37,439 nt of DNA from an uncultured Planctomycetales bacterium (GTDB taxonomy: Bacteria; Planctomycetota; UBA1135), in the NCBI GenBank assembly GCA_964643675.1, contig CAZXTO010000001.1, forward strand, positions 1 through 37,439. The letters run 5' to 3'. Positions 14,812 through 21,914 of this stretch are shown piece by piece. Position 1 is the stretch's first letter; every line of letters starts with the position of its first letter. The translations under genes were made by a program, and so were the position numbers. The notes beneath the pieces were generated by a model. The model made no database searches and was not told where the DNA came from. It worked only from the letters and a program-made list of their open reading frames with translations.

Positions 14812-17800
14812 TCAGCGGACCTGGACGATGGCGGGGCCAGTCGCCAGCATGGCAAGCACCTCGTCAAGGACCAGTTCGCCGCGGCCATTCCATCCGCGCA
14901 AGCGATACTCCCCTTCCGGGAAGGAACGGATCAGCCAAGAGTCCTCCTCCTCGGCCCGAACAGCCGACAGGTCCATCGGCGTCCCAACCGAGAATCCGGC
15001 TTCGACCTGGAGACGCTCGATTGCTAATCCCTCAGGAAGCCGCAGCTCAACCAGATCAACGCGTCGACGAAGAATGGCGCTCACGGATGTCTCGAAAGTC
15101 GTGACCAGGGGCCAGTAGCCGAACTTCTCGATGCGCAGGCCCCCTTCACCTGGCGGCCCGTGAATGCGTCCAACTCCGCCGCGATCCGTAATGGCTCGAA
15201 GCCCAGCATCTTGGTTCCAAAGCGTGACCCCTGCCACGGGGATGCCATCCAGACCCTCGCAATGAACCTCGCACTGGAGAGTCTGCATCCCAAGCATGAG
15301 ATCCCCGGCCATCGGGAGTTCGGCGACCGAATAGACTTCGACACCACCACCAGGGAGTTGAAAGAGCGCCTCCAATGGCAAGGCGGGCGAGCTGTCTATT
15401 CTGAGGACTCCCTCTGCATCAGCTGAAGCACCACCAGGGAACGATGCGCCATCACGAAGTCGGAAGGTCACAAAGGCGGATGGAAGGGCCTGCCCCGCCT
15501 GATCCACGAGCCGGACTTCGCGTTCGACTGTGTTGAACGCATCAACCTCATATTGCTCCTGACCGGACTCCACATCGGCTCCATAGATCCGCACCAGAGA
15601 ATCGGACAAACAGAATGCACCGACATAATCCTGGTCACTGGGAGGGCTAAGGGAAAATGTGTGATCGCCTTTGACGGGAGATGTCTCCAGCCACCCTTTG
15701 ACCGCATGGAAACCACGCAATGGATGTTGGGGTGCACCCATTAGCTTGCCCCAGACTGGAGGCATGCCCGATAGTTCAAAGTCAACATTCCGTACCCACT
15801 CTCCAGAGTGGACACCGACCTCTTGGATTTGATTCGGCTGGAACAGCAGATGTGAGCTGCTTGGTTTAAGAAACAACTTGTATGCTCCAGGAGAAATCCC
15901 AGAGAATTGGAATCTGCCTAGCTCGTCTGAAGTAACTTCACCGCCGTACCAGCCGTCGGAACGGTGTAGTTCGATCTGGATCCCTGACCAAGGAGTTGCA
16001 TTGTGATCTCGAATGGCGCCCTCTATCCCACCACCTTCGAGTTGGAGCAATCCAAGATCCAGCCCACCGCTCGGGACATCAAAAGGGCCGATGCAATACC
16101 CTCGAGGCGAGCCGTCAGCAACAACAAGTGCGTGACGCCCTACTGATATAGGGATCTCGGCACCACCTCCATGAATGGCAATCGGGTCGCTGCGATATCC
16201 CCGAGAATTCAATAGCCGCACCTCCCAAGGACCGTCTTCCGGCTCAGGAAGCTCGAAGCGCAATGTGTCAGTTAACACTTGAGGCAGGGTGAGTAAGCCA
16301 TTGTCGCCCTCACCTATCACAACATCCCAATCCCAACGCATCCCATCCTTGCTCACCAAAGAAACCGTGCACGGCCCAGTCGGAATCCAAGGGCTCCTAG
16401 CCCGCTGATCAATCCATGTCGCATATGAATTATCCCAGTTTGACCTTGGGTGAAACTCAACCTCGAACGACTCAAGGCCTACTGGGAGATTCTGATGCAG
16501 GTTAAGCCTGGAGAATGAACCCATTGGCGGCAGAACAACATCAACTACCTCTCCTGCGGTGGGGACCAGGACTGTCATCTCCGGCCCTCTCCAATAGTCA
16601 GACCACCATTGCAATAGACAGACCTCTCCAGGAACAAAGGCATCATCGGTGCTAACAAGTCCATTCTGATCAGATGTGTACATCCCGGGTACCCAGTCAT
16701 AACCATCCCTGGAGGCCATCACATCGATGCCGTGGAGCGGTACTCCACTGGGAGTCACAAACCTCATCTGAAAAGCGATGGCCGGATTCAACACAAAGTT
16801 AAGTTCGACATTATCACCAGTTCGCGGCCGCTGGATGAGGTGGTGGTCCACGGCGAAGCCATCTTTGAAGGCCACAGCCAAGATCGCAGGATGCTCAGCT
16901 GAAACATCCGTACAAACATAGGTGCCATCCTCCTTCACCTTCGTACTCCCCGCATCCTCCGTGCGCCCATTACCCATGTATAGGAAACCGACAAATCCAC
17001 CCGCAACAGGACTCTGTTCCCCATCAACTACCTTGCCGTACACAGAGAATCCTCGCGTCGCCATTAGGACAATGTGATCTCCATCACTTGCCTCATACTC
17101 CACCTCGAAATTTAACCCGTCAATATGCTCGCAAGCGACGGTCATTGGCATAGAGAGCGGCTGGCCAAGAAGGACTTCACCTGCAGCGTTCGTTTTCTCC
17201 TCCCAGAAGAAGAACTTCCGCTGTAATTTCTCCCTCCAGGAATACCCTAAGTATTTGGTATCCGCGACTGAATAGAAAACCCGAACGGCGATGCCCTCGA
17301 CCGGGCTCCTGTTTGCATCCTCCACTCGGACCCGCAACCCATCGGCACTGCTCAGCCTCCAAGTGACTTCCTCGCCCTGGAAGCTCAAATAACGAGCCGA
17401 CACTTCGTGCTTTTGGATGTCTGGCCATACTAAATACTCCATCCCACTGAAGACATCAGGACACTCAGCAACCCCATCGATAACAGGCACTGTCGAGTGC
17501 TCCTCAAGCCTGAGAAGGTCGTCCCCATTAAAGCCGATGTCTCCGTCCACGAATTCCTGAATCCTGGGCGAAACCTGTAGCAAGTGGAGCACTCCATCAA
17601 GTTCCCTCTCGTCTCCACTACCCATAAATCGCACAACCTGACGGGGACTGGGCTGCCCCCCGGTCCAAGACCTGGCTTCCTCATTTCTTGCGGGAGTTCC
17701 TGGAGCTTCACCGCCAGGGGTCACCTGTAGCGTTTGGTTTCTTCCGTCATGATCGGCGGAGATTGAGGACTGGCTAGAATCTCCGGTAATTGGGCGGGAA

Positions 17801-17907
17801 GCATCCGAGATAGCTGGATCGTACTCCTCGCTCCTATCGAGGAGCACGAGGGCAGTGATGACCCCGAAGCCAACAAATGCCAAGTACCAATGCTTCGAGA
17901 TTCTCAC
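14812..17907 (-). CDS. Large N-terminally membrane-anchored surface protein composed of multiple carboxypeptidase-regulatory-like/prealbumin-fold beta-sandwich repeats
   Basis: 1031-aa ORF with a GTG start. It has a single N-terminal TM/signal-anchor (WYLAFVGFGVITALVLL). At least five segments show the pattern 'V.V.D..g.Pv.G..V.l.....g....tD..G.f.f..l.pG.Y.l', for example VRVEDANRSPVEGIAVRVFY, GKVVDGEQSPVAGGFVGFLY...DGTYVCTDV, GAIRDHNATPWSGIQIELH...SDELGRFQFSGISPGAYKLFL, VRLVDQAGQALPSAFVTFRL...ADAEGVLRI and GLDGIPVAGVTLWNQDAGLRAITDRGGVGRI. Confidence 0.8.
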   Translation of the reverse strand: MRISKHWYLAFVGFGVITALVLLDRSEEYDPAISDASRPITGDSSQSSISADHDGRNQTLQVTPGGEAPGTPARNEEARSWTGGQPSPRQVVRFMGSGDERELDGVLHLLQVSPRIQEFVDGDIGFNGDDLLRLEEHSTVPVIDGVAECPDVFSGMEYLVWPDIQKHEVSARYLSFQGEEVTWRLSSADGLRVRVEDANRSPVEGIAVRVFYSVADTKYLGYSWREKLQRKFFFWEEKTNAAGEVLLGQPLSMPMTVACEHIDGLNFEVEYEASDGDHIVLMATRGFSVYGKVVDGEQSPVAGGFVGFLYMGNGRTEDAGSTKVKEDGTYVCTDVSAEHPAILAVAFKDGFAVDHHLIQRPRTGDNVELNFVLNPAIAFQMRFVTPSGVPLHGIDVMASRDGYDWVPGMYTSDQNGLVSTDDAFVPGEVCLLQWWSDYWRGPEMTVLVPTAGEVVDVVLPPMGSFSRLNLHQNLPVGLESFEVEFHPRSNWDNSYATWIDQRARSPWIPTGPCTVSLVSKDGMRWDWDVVIGEGDNGLLTLPQVLTDTLRFELPEPEDGPWEVRLLNSRGYRSDPIAIHGGGAEIPISVGRHALVVADGSPRGYCIGPFDVPSGGLDLGLLQLEGGGIEGAIRDHNATPWSGIQIELHRSDGWYGGEVTSDELGRFQFSGISPGAYKLFLKPSSSHLLFQPNQIQEVGVHSGEWVRNVDFELSGMPPVWGKLMGAPQHPLRGFHAVKGWLETSPVKGDHTFSLSPPSDQDYVGAFCLSDSLVRIYGADVESGQEQYEVDAFNTVEREVRLVDQAGQALPSAFVTFRLRDGASFPGGASADAEGVLRIDSSPALPLEALFQLPGGGVEVYSVAELPMAGDLMLGMQTLQCEVHCEGLDGIPVAGVTLWNQDAGLRAITDRGGVGRIHGPPGEGGLRIEKFGYWPLVTTFETSVSAILRRRVDLVELRLPEGLAIERLQVEAGFSVGTPMDLSAVRAEEEDSWLIRSFPEGEYRLRGWNGRGELVLDEVLAMLATGPAIVQVR

Positions 17908-18131
17908 CGTCTACCAGGGCCTTGCCGACTCCTCTCCTTCACTCCTCCGATGTGGCCCGTAACGGGGTCCGTTCCACCACCAGGATCTCCATTGGAGGGA
18001 GACGCAGCTCGGCCCTCGTGCTGCCCACCACCTGCACGCAATGGTTGGGAGCCCAGTAGGGCCAACCAACAAAGACAAAGGAGGGCGGCCTTAGCTACCT
18101 GGCTCCAATGGGACCGGTTGTTTCGCGTCAT
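17904..18131 (-). CDS. Small hypothetical exported/membrane protein (75 aa), possibly translationally coupled to the large surface protein
   Basis: ATG at 18129-18131 is preceded by GAGG 6 nt upstream. A hydrophobic segment (AKAALLCLCWLALLGS) is followed by a Gly/Pro-rich tail. The stop overlaps the GTG start of the downstream gene (GTGA). There are no recognisable motifs, so coding status is uncertain. Confidence 0.35.
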   Translation of the reverse strand: MTRNNRSHWSQVAKAALLCLCWLALLGSQPLRAGGGQHEGRAASPSNGDPGGGTDPVTGHIGGVKERSRQGPGRR

Positions 18132-18177
18132 CGCAGCCTCAGGTTCCTGTCACGCGGCAGCTCCCCAAGCGACTCCA

Positions 18178-18792
18178 TCATGCTGCCGAACCGAACTTCC
18201 ACCCGTAGGCAAAAAAGTCTACTCTCGCTAGGGTGCACGTCGGGTCAGCTTCCGCGGCAAGCCTAGACAATTCGACTGCGCGAGGAAGGTCCCCTCTCTT
18301 TTCCTCAAGTCCAGCCATATTTCGGAGTGCCCGAGATCTAATGGAGTGTGAGAGCCCCGGCCGGCCAATGAGTGCGGCTAATGCAGGTTCAGCAATTTGG
18401 AGGGATCCTACTCTCATTCCATTCGCCGCAAGAGTGATGAGCGCAAGAGGATCAAAAGCCCGAAGAGAGGCGGCAACCGTCGCCAAGGCCAAGGGGTCGT
18501 TCCAGTTGTCGGTTTCGGCCATCTGCTCTAGGCGGATCTCCATCTGGTGGCGGTCCTCGAGGTAGGAGACAAGGTTGCTGCCGAGGCTGTGGTATTCACG
18601 CCATGCGCTTCGGAGGCTGGCGAACAACCGTTGAGGGTCCTTGGGGATCAGCCTGGAGTCTGGAGCGTACTTGTTCCCGTCCTGGATCCGGAGTCCAGCG
18701 AGCACCGACGCCTTCAAGGTGAGCAGCCCGAGGTGCCGAGCGACCTCATCGGCGTAGGCGCCCGCAGCACGGAGGAGCAAGGCCTGGGTCAT
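18178..18792 (-). CDS. Hypothetical all-helical soluble protein with a TPR-like C-terminus; candidate partner (anti-sigma-like or adaptor) of the upstream sigma factor
   Basis: I take the ATG at 18790-18792 (MTQALLLRAAGAY...) as the start, which overlaps the sigma gene stop as ATGA. There is no TM segment. The C-terminus (RALRNMAGLEEKRGDLPRAVELSRLAAEADPT) is TPR-like. Confidence 0.6.
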   Translation of the reverse strand: MTQALLLRAAGAYADEVARHLGLLTLKASVLAGLRIQDGNKYAPDSRLIPKDPQRLFASLRSAWREYHSLGSNLVSYLEDRHQMEIRLEQMAETDNWNDPLALATVAASLRAFDPLALITLAANGMRVGSLQIAEPALAALIGRPGLSHSIRSRALRNMAGLEEKRGDLPRAVELSRLAAEADPTCTLARVDFFAYGWKFGSAA

Positions 18793-19424
18793 TCCTGCTC
18801 GTGGTCGGCCTGCTCTTGGACTGCCGACTCGGCCAGGAATTCGGGAGCTCGCCAACCCTTAGGCAGGTGAAGCTCATCGATTCCGCGGGTGAGTACCTGC
18901 CAGATCCTGAGCAGGCTGGCGCGGATCTCAGCCGGAAGGATGCCAGTGGCTCGAGCGACCTGTGCTGGGTTCCTCTTCTCGATCAAGTAGAGAAACAAGA
19001 TCGCGCGATCGGCGGTCGGCAGCTGGTTGAAGCGCCCCTGGAGTTCCGCGCTCGGCTCTCCGGAGGCGCCGTTCACGACGCCGAGCTGATCCTCAGGGTC
19101 AGCGAGGTCGCGCAAGATGCGCGATTCGATCCAGAGTCCGAACGCCTCATGAGTGTCATGCAATGCGTCTCGCTTGGCGGCCTTGGCGAACAAACGGGCA
19201 AGGAGGAATTCTTCCGGAAGAACGAGGAAGTGCCGAACGACAGCGACGCGGATCCCACGTTTGATCCAGGGCTCAACGCGCTCGAACAACTTGCCGAGGT
19301 GCGAGTAACGCTCCGTCTCGGGCAGGTTCTGGAAGGCTTGAAAGGCTCGCTTCGTGAGCAGCCACTCCCTGACCAAGGTGGGAGTGTTCGCCGGAGCAAT
19401 CCGGATGTGGTGGCTTCGATCCAT
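18789..19424 (-). CDS. Divergent ECF-type sigma-70 family RNA polymerase sigma factor
   Basis: I take the ATG at 19422-19424 (MDRSHHIRIAP...) as the start. The region 4 HTH is clear (LPTADRAILFLYLIEKRNPAQVARATGILPAEIRASLLRIWQVL). The region-2-like segment is weak (EEFLLARLFAKAAKRD...FGLWIESRILRDLAD). The longer ORF-track start at 19646 adds 74 non-descript residues. Confidence 0.7.
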   Translation of the reverse strand: MDRSHHIRIAPANTPTLVREWLLTKRAFQAFQNLPETERYSHLGKLFERVEPWIKRGIRVAVVRHFLVLPEEFLLARLFAKAAKRDALHDTHEAFGLWIESRILRDLADPEDQLGVVNGASGEPSAELQGRFNQLPTADRAILFLYLIEKRNPAQVARATGILPAEIRASLLRIWQVLTRGIDELHLPKGWRAPEFLAESAVQEQADHEQE

Positions 19425-19855
19425 GGGGGGCAGAGATCTGGCAATAAGAGGTCGCCCGAAGGGAGCGGGCTCGAACCTCGAAGAGAGGCTTCCTTCACTC
19501 TCCAATCTCGGAGAGCCTGCGGGGCCAAAAATTTGGCCCAAAATGCCCCATTCCCAGGTGGAAGACCTGCGCCGAGGATCTCGGCCTTCGCCGAGGATTC
19601 TCGAAACCTCGCCTTGAGGAGGGCGTAAGTCTGCCTGATAACCCATGCAGCGTCTGCCTGTTGCCGAACGGGCGGATGCGGGAAGGCGTCCCGGGGAGGG
19701 GCGCCGACCTCCCTTGCTAATCGGTAGGCCGACTGTGCGACTTTTTGGGGGGAGCGCAGTCGGCCGCTTTTCTACCCTCCGAGGGAGACCCGGCGTTGAG
19801 CCCCGGTAGGAACTTGGTTTCCTGCCGCGGGGCTCCCCGGGATCGTGGATGAGCG

Positions 19856-20112
19856 TGTGGATAACTAGTGGAAAGTGCTCCCGCGGGCCGAATTCGGAGG
19901 GCCTTTCTCAGGAGTCTCAGGGATTCCCCACAATTGTGGAGAACACCGATCCCTGGCCTCGAGAGTCGGCACAAATCCTGAAGAAAAAGGGACTCCCGGA
20001 GACCTGCGATTTCCACCCGATTGTGGAGAAGCTGGGGAAAGCGCTCCGAAGTGGTCTTTCAGACTTCGTATGAGTGGCCCTTTGAGGCAATTGTGGATAA
20101 GTCTGTGGAAGA
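19856..20112 (+). promoter_or_regulatory. Cluster of same-orientation DnaA-box-like 9-mers (candidate oriC-type or DnaA-titrating/regulatory element)
   Basis: TGTGGATAA occurs as a perfect consensus at 19856-19864 and 20092-20100. TGTGGAGAA (1 mismatch) occurs at 19935-19943 and 20022-20030. TGTGGAAGA (2 mismatches) occurs at 20104-20112. Weaker sites are CGTGGATGA (19844-19852) and TAGTGGAAA (19866-19874). Three boxes share the extended motif ATTGTGGA[G/T]AA. Confidence 0.5.
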
Positions 20113-20907
20113 CTCGCCGGCCGGGGCCCCGCCCGAGGGGCCGAAACCCAGCACGAGCACCGTCCTGGGGCAGGCCTCGGCGCAGTCCCCGCAGCGGCTG
20201 CAATCCGGGTCGGTCACGGCCGCGGCGCCGGCCTGGACGTGTTCCTCCATGACCGGGATGCCGAGCGGGCAGGCGCGGCTGCAGCGGCGACAGCCGGGGC
20301 GGCCGGCGGCCTCCCCCACCAGGATCCGGAAGCGGGACCAGCGGCCGAGCAGGGCGTGGACCGCCCCCACCGGGCACAAGGAGGCGCAGAAGGCCCTCCG
20401 GAAGGCCCATTCCAGGGCCAGGACCCCCGCCACCAGCAGCCACTCCAGGCCGGCGCCGGCCCCGGCCCCCCAAACGAGCCAGTTGATCGGCGACACCGAC
20501 TGGAACAGCGGGAAGCCGGCGGCGGCGCTGCCGGCCACGCAGGCGAGCGCCAAGCCGTATTTCCAGCTTCGTGGCAAGCTGCGCTCAGGAAGCCACTTGC
20601 GGAAGCGTTCGCGGAGGGGGTCTTGGAGTTCCAGGACCAGGCCCAGGGGGCACAGCCAGCCGCAGAAGACCCGGCCCAGGATCAGCGCCGGCAGGGCCAC
20701 GAGCAGGCCGCCGAGCAGCAGCTCCGGCTCGAGCCGGCGGCTGGCGGCGGCGGTCTCGAGCACCGCCAGGGGGTCGGCCAGGGTCAATCCCCACCAGTCG
20801 ACCGAGGGGAAGGCCCCCTGCACCCCCGGCAGCCAGCCGCGGCCAATGGCGATCAGGGCGGCGAAGAAGGCCGCGGCGCTGAGGCGGCGCGCGAGGCGGA
20901 GGCTCAT
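20059..20907 (-). CDS. napH: NapH, membrane-bound iron-sulfur quinol dehydrogenase subunit
   Basis: I take the ATG at 20905-20907 (MSLRLARRLSAAAFFAALIAIG) as the start, overlapping the napG stop as ATGA. It has four hydrophobic segments. The two CX3CP motifs are CGWLCP and CASLCP. The C-terminal ferredoxin cysteines are CRRCSRACP and CSRCGDCAEACP. The longer ORF-track version runs through napG in another frame. Confidence 0.9.
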   Translation of the reverse strand: MSLRLARRLSAAAFFAALIAIGRGWLPGVQGAFPSVDWWGLTLADPLAVLETAAASRRLEPELLLGGLLVALPALILGRVFCGWLCPLGLVLELQDPLRERFRKWLPERSLPRSWKYGLALACVAGSAAAGFPLFQSVSPINWLVWGAGAGAGLEWLLVAGVLALEWAFRRAFCASLCPVGAVHALLGRWSRFRILVGEAAGRPGCRRCSRACPLGIPVMEEHVQAGAAAVTDPDCSRCGDCAEACPRTVLVLGFGPSGGAPAGESSTDLSTIASKGHSYEV

Positions 20908-21542
20908 CGCGGCTCCGTCGGCTCCGCGGCCAGGTCCCGCCGCTCCCCGGCCGGCCGGGCCGCCTCGGGGATCATCCGGATCGCGCTGGGTTCGGTCGGG
21001 CAGGCCCAGTCGCACAGGCCGCAGCCGATGCAGGCCTCGGCCACGATCTCGACCCGGCCGAGGGGGTCGAAGCGGATCGCCTCGTCGGGCAGCGGGCAGG
21101 CGCGCCAGCAGACGCGGCAGATCTGGCGGTTCCAGGCCAGGCACTGCTCGAGGTCGAGCTCGGCCACGCCCATCCGGATCGCGCGGGTGCCCGCGACCGG
21201 GGCCAGCGCGCCGCTCGGGCAGGCGTCGATGCAGAGCAGCGAGTCCTCGCCCTTGCAGAGGTGGCAGGGCACGGCCCGGGCGTCCAGCCAGGGGGTTCCA
21301 GCGCTGGCGCCGGCGCCGATCCCGGCCAGGGCCAGGGTGTCGAAGGGGCAGGCCTGTACGCAACGGCCGCAGCGGATGCAGGCGGCCAGGAAGTCGGCCT
21401 CGGAACCGGAGACGCCCGGCGGCCTCAACCAGGCCGCCGGGCGCGCTTGGGTCCCGCGGAGCAGTCCGCCGCCGATCGCGGCGCCGACCAGCCAGCCGGC
21501 CGAGGCCAGCCACTGGCGGCGGGTGCTCCGCTCACCCTCCAT
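20904..21542 (-). CDS. napG: NapG, Tat-exported poly-ferredoxin subunit
   Basis: 212 aa with a Tat-like STRRQWL signal. It has four Fe-S cysteine groups (CIRCGRCVQACP, CHLCKG..CIDACP, CRVCWRACP, CIGCGLCDWACP). Confidence 0.9.
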   Translation of the reverse strand: MEGERSTRRQWLASAGWLVGAAIGGGLLRGTQARPAAWLRPPGVSGSEADFLAACIRCGRCVQACPFDTLALAGIGAGASAGTPWLDARAVPCHLCKGEDSLLCIDACPSGALAPVAGTRAIRMGVAELDLEQCLAWNRQICRVCWRACPLPDEAIRFDPLGRVEIVAEACIGCGLCDWACPTEPSAIRMIPEAARPAGERRDLAAEPTEPR

Positions 21543-21570
21543 CCGGGTCAGGGGTCGGGAAAGCTCGGGT

Positions 21571-21900
21571 TCAGTTGACGGTGTGACAGGTCCGGCACTT
21601 CACCTTGAGCTGAAGCTCCGGCATGCCGTCGTGCACGATCAGCGGCGCGTCGTTGTCGCCGTTCTCGTGGCAGCTCATGCAGGTCTCCTTCAGCCAGGAG
21701 TCGCGCCAGCTCGGTTCGTGGTCGTCGTCGGCGGGCATCGGCGGCGGGAAGGCCCCGCCGGCGAACTGCACCTCGAAGGCGGTCGGGTCGTTGCTCGCCG
21801 GCTGGACCGGCGCCCCGGCGCTTTGGGTGGATTCCTCCTTGGTGCAACCGCCGGCGAACAGGGCCGCCAGCAGCAGCGCGGGAAGCAGGTAGCGTTTCAT
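21571..21900 (-). CDS. napB: Small dihaem cytochrome c, NapB-like, predicted lipoprotein
   Basis: I take the ATG at 21898-21900 as the start. The product is 109 aa with signal plus lipobox (LLLAALFAGGC) and two CXXCH motifs (CMSCH, CRTCH). It sits immediately downstream of napA. It is only the tail of the long ORF 21571..22977. Confidence 0.7.
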   Translation of the reverse strand: MKRYLLPALLLAALFAGGCTKEESTQSAGAPVQPASNDPTAFEVQFAGGAFPPPMPADDDHEPSWRDSWLKETCMSCHENGDNDAPLIVHDGMPELQLKVKCRTCHTVN

Positions 21901-21914
21901 CGTTCGTTCCTCCT

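Larger units (their letters stand above)
14556..20058. other. Compositionally atypical (lower G+C) segment; candidate horizontally acquired island without recognisable mobility genes
   Basis: Hand counts give 30/60 G+C at 16381-16440 and 28/60 at 17401-17460, against 44/60 at 22081-22140. The boundaries coincide with the intergenic regions at about 14.56 kb and about 20.06 kb. Confidence 0.55.

Noticed and set aside
19451-19485. tRNA T-loop-like motif (minus strand GGTTCGAGCCC) near the right border of the low-GC block; possible tRNA or att remnant
   Set aside because: The flanking bases do not form a T-stem (3 of 5 pairs), acceptor stem or anticodon arm. I found no second copy at the other island border, and the motif may lie in the 5' leader of the sigma gene. 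That is insufficient to call a tRNA or att site.
19717-20473. Small ORFs (19717..20016, 19849..20073, 19865..20473, 19875..20252) in the non-coding region and napH 3' end
   Set aside because: They have no motifs, overlap each other and the DnaA-box cluster, and their composition is consistent with non-coding DNA.
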